Source: Fidelibacterota bacterium
Lineage (GTDB): Bacteria > Fidelibacterota > Marinisomatia > Marinisomatales > Marinisomataceae
NCBI GenBank assembly: GCA_017856055.1
Contig: JAFMFP010000002.1
Location: forward strand, 1-50,751
Length of the DNA stretch: 50,751 nt
Direction: 5' to 3'
Shown: positions 38,406 to 47,447 of the stretch, piece after piece
Numbering within the stretch: the stretch's first letter is position 1
How the letters are laid out: each line of letters opens with the position of its first letter
Notes under the pieces: generated by a model
Seen by the model: the letters and a program-made list of their open reading frames with translations, nothing else
Databases searched by the model: none
What the model was told of the DNA's origin: nothing
Position numbers and translations under genes: made by a program

Positions 38406-39847
38406 AAAAAATCTTTATAATTATTCTTCCCATTCTTATAGCTGGATGTTCAAATGCTAAATATTTAAGCGGCGAAGAAGTACTGCAACCACTCAATATT
38501 TCTATTCCAGAAGAATGGGGAACAATTTCTGGAATTGAAATATCCTCTAAAGAAATTTGGTGGGCAGAATTCAATGATAACAATTTGATAAGTTTTATAG
38601 AAAGCTTCAAAGCAAACAACCTTGATCTTAAGTCAAGCATGATTAGTGTACAAAATGCTAGTCTGGCATCAAAAATTACCTCAGCCTCATTGCTCCCATC
38701 AATTGGTTTGCAATCTGTGGGAAGTAAATCTGAGCAAAACACGGCAGGATTCCCTCCATTCTTTCAGGATTTATTTGGAACTCAAAGTAGCGGTCAGTTA
38801 ACTAGCTTTGAACAGGAAAACTATAATCTTTCTTTAACCGCACAATGGGAAATTGATTTGTGGGGTAAAGTTTTTAATCAGTCTTTAGCATCTAAAATGG
38901 ACTATCTTTCTGCAATATATTCACAAAATTATTATGAACTATCCTTAACCGCAGAAGCAATTAAACTTTTTTATGGAATGGTGGAACTTCAAAAGAGCTT
39001 AGAAAGATCTGAAGTAAAACTAAAAAATATGACTACCCTTTACGAACTTTCATATCAACGTTTTAATCAAGGTTCTATTTCTGAAAAACAGCTAAAACAA
39101 GTAGAAATTTTAGTTGCCCAGACTAATACAGAATATGAAAATATTAGATCTGGATACAATGGGCTTATTAGAAACACGAAAATTCTACAATCTATGTTCC
39201 CTGTTATTGAAAGCGAGCAAATAAAAAAGGATTTCCCGGAGTCCTTGCCTGCAATTCCATCTTATATTCCTTCAGAAATTATTCAAAGAAGACCAGATTT
39301 ATTATCAGCGCGCTTTTCTCTTTTATCGTCATTGCAAAAGAAAAAAGTCGCTACTAAGCAATTACTTCCATCTTTTAATCTTATTGGAAGTAATGGTACA
39401 GCATCTAACGATTTAAATGATTTGCTTGATGAAGATTTTAAAGTGTGGAGTGGTTCAATTTCTCTTTTTGCGCCTATCTTCAATTCCGGAAGGCTGATAA
39501 ATAATCGCAAGTTAGCAAAAAATAACACTGAGATTGCTATGTATAACTATATGTCAAAAGTTTTAGCAGCATATGCGGAAGTAGAAACAGCGCTTGAAAT
39601 GGATAGAATTGCTCAAATAGCATTAAATGAATCAAAAAAAATTGTTCAAGCGACCGAGAAGATTTATAATATTACTTTAAATGAATATCAACAAGGTATC
39701 GTAGGATTTGAGGAAATTTTATCTCAAGAAAATAGATTATCAGATGTTAAAATATATCTGGCTCAGTCAGAAAAAATGCGCATTGAAAAAAGAATAAATT
39801 TAATTTTAGCACTTGGAGGGGGGTTTAGATTTGAAACTAAAAGATAG
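38402..39847 (+). CDS. RND efflux outer-membrane factor lipoprotein (NodT/TolC family)
   Basis: The 481-aa ORF has lipobox IAG-C and two TolC-like repeats, with RPDLLSA and the WxxxxSLxxPIFNxGR-like motif WSGSISLFAPIFNSGRL. Confidence 0.88.
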   Translation: MKKIFIIILPILIAGCSNAKYLSGEEVLQPLNISIPEEWGTISGIEISSKEIWWAEFNDNNLISFIESFKANNLDLKSSMISVQNASLASKITSASLLPSIGLQSVGSKSEQNTAGFPPFFQDLFGTQSSGQLTSFEQENYNLSLTAQWEIDLWGKVFNQSLASKMDYLSAIYSQNYYELSLTAEAIKLFYGMVELQKSLERSEVKLKNMTTLYELSYQRFNQGSISEKQLKQVEILVAQTNTEYENIRSGYNGLIRNTKILQSMFPVIESEQIKKDFPESLPAIPSYIPSEIIQRRPDLLSARFSLLSSLQKKKVATKQLLPSFNLIGSNGTASNDLNDLLDEDFKVWSGSISLFAPIFNSGRLINNRKLAKNNTEIAMYNYMSKVLAAYAEVETALEMDRIAQIALNESKKIVQATEKIYNITLNEYQQGIVGFEEILSQENRLSDVKIYLAQSEKMRIEKRINLILALGGGFRFETKR

Positions 39848-40979
39848 ATTAAAGCCATTGTTCATTATTGTTGGAGCTTTAATAATAGGATATATATTAA
39901 TAGCTTTAGGAAAAGTACAGCCAGAACCCGCATCTGATCCACCTCCTCCAGATGTAAAAGTAATGATTGCGCTTCCTCAAAACTGGGAAACAAAGATTCT
40001 ATCTTCTGGCACTACCAGAGCTAGCATTAATACCGTGTTGACCTCAGAGGTTATGGGAGAAATAGTTTATAAATCGAATCAGTTTTCTGCTGGAAGTTCA
40101 GTCTTAAAAGGTCAAGTCCTTGCAAAAATTGATGATACCGATTTAAAACTTTCTTTAAAAAATGCTGAACTACAACTTGCTACAGCAGATATTCAATATA
40201 AACTTGCATTAGCAGAGGCAGAAATAGCACAAGAAGCTTGGGAAAAAATTACCCAAAACGATCCCCCCAGTGAACTTGCATTAAAAATACCTCAATTGAG
40301 ACAGGCTAGGGCTGGATATGATGCGGCTAAAGCCCTTGTTGATTCTGCCAATAAAAAACTAAGTAAAACAGATATTACTGCTCCATACACAGGAAGAATA
40401 CAGGGAGCCAATATTGATCTTGGTTCTTCTGTAGTTCCTGGACAGCCATTAGGAACAATGTATAAATCAAATTTGATTGAAGTTGAATTATCTGTCAAAG
40501 ATTCTGATTTGCGATTTTTAAATATTCCAATGGATGGCAGAAAACTCGAAGACTATCAAAAATCAGAAATTATTATTTCAGCGCCATATAAGGGAATTAA
40601 TCAACAATGGGTGGGCTTTTTAGAGCGCGTTGATGGAGTGATTGATCCCACTACTAGAATGATAAAATTGATAGGATATTTTGAAAACGATCTTCTTGAG
40701 GAAAAGAACCCGAGTATTCCTTTGGGTCTTTTTGTTGAAGCAGAAATTAGCGGATCAACTTTAGAAAATATTTATGTTATACCCGCTGAAGCAATAAACG
40801 CCCAAAATGAAGTTATCATTGTTGGAAATGACAATAGAATTGAAATAAGAAAAGTTTCTGTTTTAAAGAAGAACAATGAAAATGTTATAGTAGATAATGG
40901 AATTTTGCCTGGAGAAAGGGTCATGGTTTCAAAAATTTCAATTTCATCTTCCTCCATGATGGTCAACCCTAAATATTAA
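39831..40979 (+). CDS. RND efflux periplasmic adaptor (membrane fusion protein, HlyD family)
   Basis: It has an N-terminal TM helix, a coiled-coil hairpin and ITAPYTGRI, a lipoyl-like motif. The likely start is TTG 39831, preceded by GGAGGGGGG. The track start is TTG 39813 in the same frame. Confidence 0.88.
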   Translation: MKLKDRLKPLFIIVGALIIGYILIALGKVQPEPASDPPPPDVKVMIALPQNWETKILSSGTTRASINTVLTSEVMGEIVYKSNQFSAGSSVLKGQVLAKIDDTDLKLSLKNAELQLATADIQYKLALAEAEIAQEAWEKITQNDPPSELALKIPQLRQARAGYDAAKALVDSANKKLSKTDITAPYTGRIQGANIDLGSSVVPGQPLGTMYKSNLIEVELSVKDSDLRFLNIPMDGRKLEDYQKSEIIISAPYKGINQQWVGFLERVDGVIDPTTRMIKLIGYFENDLLEEKNPSIPLGLFVEAEISGSTLENIYVIPAEAINAQNEVIIVGNDNRIEIRKVSVLKKNNENVIVDNGILPGERVMVSKISISSSSMMVNPKY

Positions 40980-40982
40980 AAA

Positions 40983-43900
40983 ATGAAAAGTATAGTTACT
41001 TGGTTTGTTAAAAATAGCGTTCCAGCTAATTTGTTTATGATTTTTTTAATCATAGGGGGTTTTTTTATTTCCTACCCTAATATTAAATCTGAATTTTTTC
41101 CAAGACCTGACCCTAATGTTGTTTTAATTACAGTACCTTATCCAGGAGCTTCTGCAGCAGAAGTTGAAGCGAGTATTTGTTCAAAAATTGAAGATAGACT
41201 TGAAGGAGTTGCTGGAATTAAAAAATTAAGCTCTAGTTCTCTTGAAGGTTTAGGGGTTGTCACTATTAGAGTTTTTGCCAATGAAGATTTAGACTCCACG
41301 CTAGATGATATTAAGGATATTATAGACTCCATTACAACTTTTCCAAAAAATTCCGAAACGCCATTAGTAAAAAAATTAGATACCAATGAAAAGGTTTTAG
41401 ATGTTGTCATTTATGGGAACGCTGATGAGAATGTATTGCTTGAGACAACTAAAAATATTAATGAAGATATTAAAAACCTGAGCGAAATATCATTTACTGA
41501 GATATTTGGTCAAAGAAATAAAGAAATCTCTATTGAGGTTTCTGAAAAGAATCTTGAAAAATTTAATTTGAATTTCGACCAAATTGCTCAAGCAATCAAT
41601 TTGGGATCTATAGATTTGCCCGGTGGAATTTTACCAAGCCAAAAAGGTGATTTACTAATAAGAACCGTAGGTCAATCTTATAGTGGGTCTGATTACGAAA
41701 ATATAGTTATTAAAACAAATTTAAATGGGAATCAACTTCTTCTTAAAGATGTTGCTACCATAAAGGATTCTTTTGAGGAATCTGAAAAGTTTTTTAGATG
41801 GGACGGTTCTCCTGCGATGTTTATCAGTGCCAACTTGGTTGGTGAACAAGATGTTCTTATTGCTGCCAATCAATTAAGAGAATTTGTAAATAATCAAAAA
41901 AATCTTATGCCAGAAGGCATAAAGATTGAATATTGGTATGATCAGGCAAGATATCTAGAAGATCGAATTGGTATTCTTTACAAAAATTTTGCTATCGGAA
42001 TGGTTCTAGTTCTAATATTGCTCACCCTTTTTTTAAGACCATCGGTTGCTTTTTGGGTTGCAATGGGAATTCCTATTTCATTCGGAGGTGCGTTAATTCT
42101 TTTGCCTTTTATGGGAGTAACAATCAATGTGCTTTCTACTTTTATGTTTATTGTTGTTCTTGGTATTGTAGTGGATGATGCCATTATTGTAGGAGAAAAT
42201 GTTTTTAGAAGAAGGATAAAGCTCAAAGAAGATAACTATGATTCAACTATTAAAGGTACAACAGAAGTCTTGACGCCTGTTTTCTTTGGTGTCTTAACAA
42301 CGATTGTTGTTTTTGCACCAATGCTTGACCTAGCAGGAGACACAGGGCCCATTTGGAGAACTTTCCCATTGACCGCTATACCAATTTTAATTTTTTCTTT
42401 AATCGAGTCAACTACTATACTACCCTCCCATTTATATCATGCGGGCGAGTGGTTTCAAAAAAGATTCATAAAGTTTGGGAAGGTTTTAAAAAGTAGTCGA
42501 AATTATTGCTCTGAAAAACTCTATGATTTTGTGGATGAATTCTGGTTACCTATGGTTAAAAAAGCTCTACAATTTAGATATGAAACAATCGCAATCTTTA
42601 TATCTCTTTTAATTTTATCGTTTTCATTAGTTGGAGGAGGGTGGGTTAAATGGCAATTTTTCCCTGTCTTGGAAGCTGAAGAAGTTGCAATCACCGTGGA
42701 GCTTTCTGAGGGATCTCCAATAGAAAAGACTGAATCAATTGTTGCTATTATTGAAGAAAAAGCCCTTAATCTAAAAAAAGAGCTTTTTGAAAAAAATAAC
42801 CAACCAATAATTACTCATGTGCTTACAACTGTTGGTGCTCAATACTTTAGCGAACAAGAGGCTGCTAATAGTCCTCAGGGAGGGACCGTTCAATCAAGCT
42901 CTACACCTCATTTGGGAGAAGTGGTTGTAATCCTTAGTCCGGCAGACGAAAGGTGGGGGCTAACTGGCGCTAATGAAGTAATTAATATTTTGAGAGAACG
43001 AGTTGGAACGATACCTGATGTAGAGCGATTAAATTTTTCAGCTAACATTTTTAATGCTGGAAAGCCCATTGATTATGAATTCTCAGGAAAAAGTTTTGAA
43101 GATTTAGATATGGTAGTTTCAGAAACCAAAAAGCTTTTATCTTCTTACAGTGGTGCTATCGATATAAACGATTCAGATAAAAGAGGAAAAAATGAACTAC
43201 AGATTAATCTCCTCCCAAACGCTGAATCTTATGGAATAACTAATATTGAAATTGCACGACAAATTCGACAGTCATTTTACGGTGAAGAAGTTCAAAGAAT
43301 TCAAAGGGGTGATGATGATATTAAGGTTATGTTAAAACTGCCAAGAGAAGAAAGAGAATCTTTGTCTACTTTAAATAATTTAAGAATAAGAACAAGCCAA
43401 GGATTTAAAGTCCCTCTCTACTCAGTTGCGAACATTGTTGAAACCGAAGGAAAATCAGCTATCACAAGAATTGATGGGAAAAGGGTCATTCAAGTAACTG
43501 CAGATGTTGATATTACCAAGAACACCTCTACAATGATATTAGGTAGCATGCTAAATGCAGAAAATAAGCCGAAAGGTGAATTAAAAAGAATTTTAGAGCA
43601 AAAAAACGGAAGAGTTGATTTTGCATTAGCTGGAGAGGCAGCCGAACAGGCGGAACAACTAAATGATATTTTTATAAAATTTGGATTGGCTATTTTTACA
43701 ATCTTTGTGCTTTTGGCTATACCTTTGAAATCTTACTTTAAACCTTTAATTGTATTATCAGCAATTCCTTTTGGAATAGTGGGTGCCATTTTAGGACACC
43801 TATTACTGTTTCAACCGATGTCTGTTCTTTCGCTCCTAGGTGTAGTAGCCCTTTCGGGAGTTGTGGTAAATGATAGCCTCCTTTTAGTGGTATTTATAAG

Positions 43901-44186
43901 TCGTGCAAAAGAAAAAGGAGCAAGAACAAGGGACGCAGTTCTAGATGCAGTTAGAACTAGATTTCGTCCCGTTATTTTGACCTCACTTACTACCTTCCTA
44001 GGAATCGCCCCTTTGTTATTCAATAGATCCACACAAGTGCTTTTCTTAAAGCCGATGGCTATTTCTTTAGGGATTGGAATACTTTTTGCTACTTTTGTTA
44101 TTTTGCTATTAGTTCCAGTATCTTACGCGATTGTGGATGATTTTATTAAAATATTTTCAGGAAAAACAAGGCTGAAAAAAAGCTAG
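40983..44186 (+). CDS. RND family efflux permease (AcrB/AcrD/AcrF-type)
   Basis: The 1067-aa ORF has 12 TM helices in a 1+5 / 1+5 layout with two large periplasmic loops. The VVLGIVVDDAIIVGENV motif lies in TM4. Confidence 0.93.
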   Translation: MKSIVTWFVKNSVPANLFMIFLIIGGFFISYPNIKSEFFPRPDPNVVLITVPYPGASAAEVEASICSKIEDRLEGVAGIKKLSSSSLEGLGVVTIRVFANEDLDSTLDDIKDIIDSITTFPKNSETPLVKKLDTNEKVLDVVIYGNADENVLLETTKNINEDIKNLSEISFTEIFGQRNKEISIEVSEKNLEKFNLNFDQIAQAINLGSIDLPGGILPSQKGDLLIRTVGQSYSGSDYENIVIKTNLNGNQLLLKDVATIKDSFEESEKFFRWDGSPAMFISANLVGEQDVLIAANQLREFVNNQKNLMPEGIKIEYWYDQARYLEDRIGILYKNFAIGMVLVLILLTLFLRPSVAFWVAMGIPISFGGALILLPFMGVTINVLSTFMFIVVLGIVVDDAIIVGENVFRRRIKLKEDNYDSTIKGTTEVLTPVFFGVLTTIVVFAPMLDLAGDTGPIWRTFPLTAIPILIFSLIESTTILPSHLYHAGEWFQKRFIKFGKVLKSSRNYCSEKLYDFVDEFWLPMVKKALQFRYETIAIFISLLILSFSLVGGGWVKWQFFPVLEAEEVAITVELSEGSPIEKTESIVAIIEEKALNLKKELFEKNNQPIITHVLTTVGAQYFSEQEAANSPQGGTVQSSSTPHLGEVVVILSPADERWGLTGANEVINILRERVGTIPDVERLNFSANIFNAGKPIDYEFSGKSFEDLDMVVSETKKLLSSYSGAIDINDSDKRGKNELQINLLPNAESYGITNIEIARQIRQSFYGEEVQRIQRGDDDIKVMLKLPREERESLSTLNNLRIRTSQGFKVPLYSVANIVETEGKSAITRIDGKRVIQVTADVDITKNTSTMILGSMLNAENKPKGELKRILEQKNGRVDFALAGEAAEQAEQLNDIFIKFGLAIFTIFVLLAIPLKSYFKPLIVLSAIPFGIVGAILGHLLLFQPMSVLSLLGVVALSGVVVNDSLLLVVFISRAKEKGARTRDAVLDAVRTRFRPVILTSLTTFLGIAPLLFNRSTQVLFLKPMAISLGIGILFATFVILLLVPVSYAIVDDFIKIFSGKTRLKKS

Positions 44187-44803
44187 GCTTCAAATTGAGC
44201 GGACATATGTTCAATATCTTGAAGATAGCCACCCTTTGTTTGGTCTAATTTTATAATAGCTTTTTTCAAAAGTCTTCTAATAAGAATTAGGCGATCATTT
44301 TCTGATTGAGATTTCAGTAAGATTCGTTTAGCGTTTAGATTGATATCAAGCATTGAGCAAATTTCGTAAGAACTTTTTGGAGCTTCAAATTGGGATATCT
44401 GAGTAGTTTCCCCAAGCTTTAGTAGAACTTCATAAAAAAGCGCGTTTGTTTTTTGCAAACTGTTAGAATCATGGAAAATATCGCTGTCTTCCCATATGGT
44501 GACATAAGCTTCTTTGAAAGACTTTGAATGATTATAGCTTTTAACAATAAAGCGCTCTTCTCCGGCAACAATAATATCATATTCACCCGTAGATTGATCT
44601 TCACTAAAAACTTTTTCAATAGAAACCGTGCAGCCAAAAATGAGAGAATCATTATTTTTTGTATTTACAATTCCAAATTTTTTATCGTTTTTTAAGCAAT
44701 ATTCAATCATTTTTTTGTATTTCTCTTCAAAAATATGTAGGGGAATTTTTTCGCCTGGTAAAACTACAAGCGGTAATGGGAAAATTGGAATTTTATCATT
44801 CAT
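44183..44803 (-). CDS. Stand-alone Lon protease N-terminal (substrate-binding) domain protein
   Basis: The 206-aa ORF has IPIFPLPLVVLPGEKIPLHIFEEKYKKMI, the typical LON-domain start. There is no AAA+ or protease domain. Confidence 0.8.
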   Translation of the reverse strand: MNDKIPIFPLPLVVLPGEKIPLHIFEEKYKKMIEYCLKNDKKFGIVNTKNNDSLIFGCTVSIEKVFSEDQSTGEYDIIVAGEERFIVKSYNHSKSFKEAYVTIWEDSDIFHDSNSLQKTNALFYEVLLKLGETTQISQFEAPKSSYEICSMLDINLNAKRILLKSQSENDRLILIRRLLKKAIIKLDQTKGGYLQDIEHMSAQFEA

Positions 44804-44852
44804 ATCTTATATCAAAATACATAAGGATTTATTAAATTTCAAAATCAAATTC

Positions 44853-45152
44853 ATGAAAAAAAAAGATATTATAGATCATTTAGCAATTTGTACTGATAAC
44901 ATCAGCCAATCTGTTGACTGGTATTTGAGAGAATTTAATTGCGCCGTTCTATATCAAGATAATTCTTGGGCGATGTTAGAATTTGAAAATGTAAAGTTAG
45001 CGCTTGTTTTGCCGGAACAACATCCATTTCATTTTGCAATTCTCAAGTCAAATGTTGAAGACTATGGTGCTCCTGTTAAACATCGTGATGGATCAGTTTC
45101 GGTTTATGTTAAAGATAGATCTGGTAACAATATTGAAATTCTTAGGTATTAA
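44853..45152 (+). CDS. Small VOC (glyoxalase/bleomycin-resistance/dioxygenase) family protein
   Basis: The 99-aa ORF starts at the ATG at 44853. The upstream part of the 44628 ORF is antisense to the Lon-domain gene. It has HLAICTDNI...HFAI...VKDRSGNNIEI beta-alpha-beta-beta-beta modules. Confidence 0.7.
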   Translation: MKKKDIIDHLAICTDNISQSVDWYLREFNCAVLYQDNSWAMLEFENVKLALVLPEQHPFHFAILKSNVEDYGAPVKHRDGSVSVYVKDRSGNNIEILRY

Positions 45153-45155
45153 ATC

Positions 45156-46034
45156 ATGAAAAATATTTTAACATTTAATTTATTTCTTGCATTAATTATT
45201 ATAATCATTTCCTATATATCAACACCAGAAAATCAAATTCTTCTCAATCATCACTATCTTATTGGGTATTTTTTTGTTTTAATTTTTATGACTGCCTTAT
45301 GGATTTTAAGCCTGCTTGCAAAAGACGCCAGTATAGTTGATATATTTTGGGGTCCAGCTTTTATAGTATTGGCAGCATCTTTATTCAATTTAATGGGAGT
45401 AGAAAATAATGAAAGAAGTCAATGGCTATTAGCATTCATAACTATATGGGGGTTGCGTCTTGCTTTTCATATTGGAATAAGAAATGTTGGGCATGGAGAA
45501 GATTTTAGATATGTGCAATGGAGAAAAGAGGGAGGAAAAAACTATTGGATTATTAGTTTATTTCGAGTTTTTATCTTGCAAGGCTCTCTAGCAACGCTTG
45601 TAGGTGTTTCAATTTACTTTGGTTTTTTAAATACCGCTCATTTTGGTGACTTAGAAAAAATCGTATTGTGTAGTTTTTTTATTTTTGGACTTTTATGGGA
45701 ATCTATTAGCGATATTCAATTAATACAATTTCGAAAAAATCCAGAAAATAAAGGGAAGATTATACAGTCTGGTTTGTGGAAATTTTCTAGACACCCAAAC
45801 TATTTTGGAGATTTAATGGTTTGGATCAGTATTGTTCTTTTTAGTGTTTCTAGTAAAAATTTTCTCTTTATAGCAATGAGCACAATAAGTCCGTTGCTAA
45901 TGGGTTTAATCTTTTATAAAATTACTGGCCCGATTATGGACAATGCATTAGCGTTAAGTAAGCATGGATATAAAGAGTATATGCAAAATTCAAATTCACT
46001 AATTCCAAAACTTTTTAGGAGAAAAATAAAATGA
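45156..46034 (+). CDS. DUF1295 / steroid-5-alpha-reductase-like membrane protein
   Basis: The 292-aa polytopic ORF has GLWKFSRHPNYFGD, characteristic of DUF1295/ICMT-like families. Confidence 0.82.
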   Translation: MKNILTFNLFLALIIIIISYISTPENQILLNHHYLIGYFFVLIFMTALWILSLLAKDASIVDIFWGPAFIVLAASLFNLMGVENNERSQWLLAFITIWGLRLAFHIGIRNVGHGEDFRYVQWRKEGGKNYWIISLFRVFILQGSLATLVGVSIYFGFLNTAHFGDLEKIVLCSFFIFGLLWESISDIQLIQFRKNPENKGKIIQSGLWKFSRHPNYFGDLMVWISIVLFSVSSKNFLFIAMSTISPLLMGLIFYKITGPIMDNALALSKHGYKEYMQNSNSLIPKLFRRKIK

Positions 46035-46471
46035 AAAAGGGAATATTTTTAGTACTAATACTATTTTTTGTGGCATGTGGTGGTGGAGCAAGCGCTGAGC
46101 CGCAAATCATCAACATTGGATCTTTGGGTTCTGAAATGAAATACGATCTAAATGAGTTTACAGTAAAAGCTGGTGCACCAGTAAAAATAATTTTAAAGAA
46201 TAACACCCCCTTAGAATACCAGGGTGATATGAAACACAACATTGTTATATTTAACGACGAATCTGCAGCAATGCAAATTATCAAACTCGCTGAAGGTAAC
46301 GGAGGAAATCCTTATCCCGATGGAAGAATTTTAGCTTTTTCTTCTTTAATTGATAAGCAAGAAGAGACAGTCTTAGAATTTATCGCTCCCAAGAAACCTG
46401 GAAAATATCTATATGTTTGCACTTTTATTGCTCATGCAATGTCTATGAGGGGATATATGATAGTTGAATAA
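46031..46471 (+). CDS. Azurin-like type-1 copper (cupredoxin) lipoprotein
   Basis: The 146-aa ORF has lipobox FVA-C followed by GGG. The upstream His ligand sits in MKHNIV. The C-terminal ligand loop YVCTFIAHAMSMRG has the C-x4-H-x3-M spacing found in azurin. An ATGA overlap joins it to the DUF1295 gene. Confidence 0.82.
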   Translation: MKKGIFLVLILFFVACGGGASAEPQIINIGSLGSEMKYDLNEFTVKAGAPVKIILKNNTPLEYQGDMKHNIVIFNDESAAMQIIKLAEGNGGNPYPDGRILAFSSLIDKQEETVLEFIAPKKPGKYLYVCTFIAHAMSMRGYMIVE

Positions 46472-46490
46472 TTGAGACTGATTCTCAATT
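46470..46490. promoter_or_regulatory. Inverted repeat AATTGAGA-CTGAT-TCTCAATT: a Fur-box-like operator or a weak terminator
   Basis: The 8-bp arms begin at the last base of the cupredoxin stop codon. An 8-T run starts 4 nt downstream. The inner 15-mer TGAGACTGATTCTCA (46473-46487) matches the Fur 7-1-7 core TGATAAT-N-ATTATCA at 11 of 14 positions. A TAATAT -10-like hexamer lies at 46502-46507. Confidence 0.4.
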
Positions 46491-46532
46491 AATCTTTTTT
46501 TTAATATTTTCTTTAACTATATTTCCGGTTCA

Positions 46533-47447
46533 ATGGCTGAACTATTAATAACTTTAAGGGAAACTTTAGAAGCTGCTTTAATAATTGGTATTCTTTTCAC
46601 CTTTATATCTAAAACTGGTAAGGACTATTTAAAAAGCAGTGTTTTGGGTGGACTAACCTCTGCAATTATAGCAAGTATTGTTTTTGCAATTTTTTTTCAA
46701 ATGGTCTTGGGTGGTTTTAGTGGAAAAGCTGAAGCTATCTTTGAGGGCATCGTTATGATAATTGCTGCTGCACTGTTAAGTTCAATGATTATCTGGATGG
46801 CTCGAAATAAAAATGTCTCTGAAAGTCTAGAAAATCAAGCTTCGGCAGTTCTAGAAAATAAAAAAAATGCAGCAAAGGGCATGTTCCTACTAGCCTTTGT
46901 TTCTGTTTTTAGAGAAGGAATAGAAACAGTTTTATTTCTGTATGGAATACTAATTAAAGATAATAGTTTGTCTATTGTTTCATCTCTTGCTGGAATATTG
47001 ATTGCAATCGTTATAGGGTATTTAATCTTCATTCAAGGTAAAAGGGTGCCCCTTAAAACATTTTTTAATGTAACATCTATTTTGCTTATTTTTGTTGCGG
47101 CAGGTCTAGTATCTTATGGCATTCATGAATTCGAAGAGGCTAGCATAATCCCATATTATGGAGCAATTTGGGACATAAATCATCTACTGAATGAAAAAAG
47201 CACTTTAGGAGCTTTTGCTAAGGGTCTTTTTGGATATAATGGTAATCCTAGTGCAATAGAGGCGGTTGCATACTTACTAACTTTTGCTAGTGTGTCATAT
47301 TTTTGGTCTCAAGCATCTGCCACTCCATTAAAAATACAAAAAAATGTTCAAATTAATAATGAGGCTTGCCCTTCTTGTTTTGAAGATATATCAAAAAAAG
47401 GCCAAGTTAAGTGTTCAAACTGTAATCACGAACTAGATCTCTCTTAA
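46533..47447 (+). CDS. FTR1/EfeU-family high-affinity iron permease with a C-terminal Cys4 knuckle
   Basis: The 304-aa ORF has two REXXE motifs (RETLE in TM1, REGIE in TM4) and about 7 TM helices. The tail reads CPSC-x12-CSNC. Confidence 0.88.
   Translation: MAELLITLRETLEAALIIGILFTFISKTGKDYLKSSVLGGLTSAIIASIVFAIFFQMVLGGFSGKAEAIFEGIVMIIAAALLSSMIIWMARNKNVSESLENQASAVLENKKNAAKGMFLLAFVSVFREGIETVLFLYGILIKDNSLSIVSSLAGILIAIVIGYLIFIQGKRVPLKTFFNVTSILLIFVAAGLVSYGIHEFEEASIIPYYGAIWDINHLLNEKSTLGAFAKGLFGYNGNPSAIEAVAYLLTFASVSYFWSQASATPLKIQKNVQINNEACPSCFEDISKKGQVKCSNCNHELDLS

Noticed and set aside
44628-44852. Upstream 75 codons of the 174-aa ORF that contains the VOC protein.
   Set aside because: This part is antisense to the Lon-N-domain gene and has hydrophobic shadow-frame composition. 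The VOC domain begins right after the ATG at 44853.
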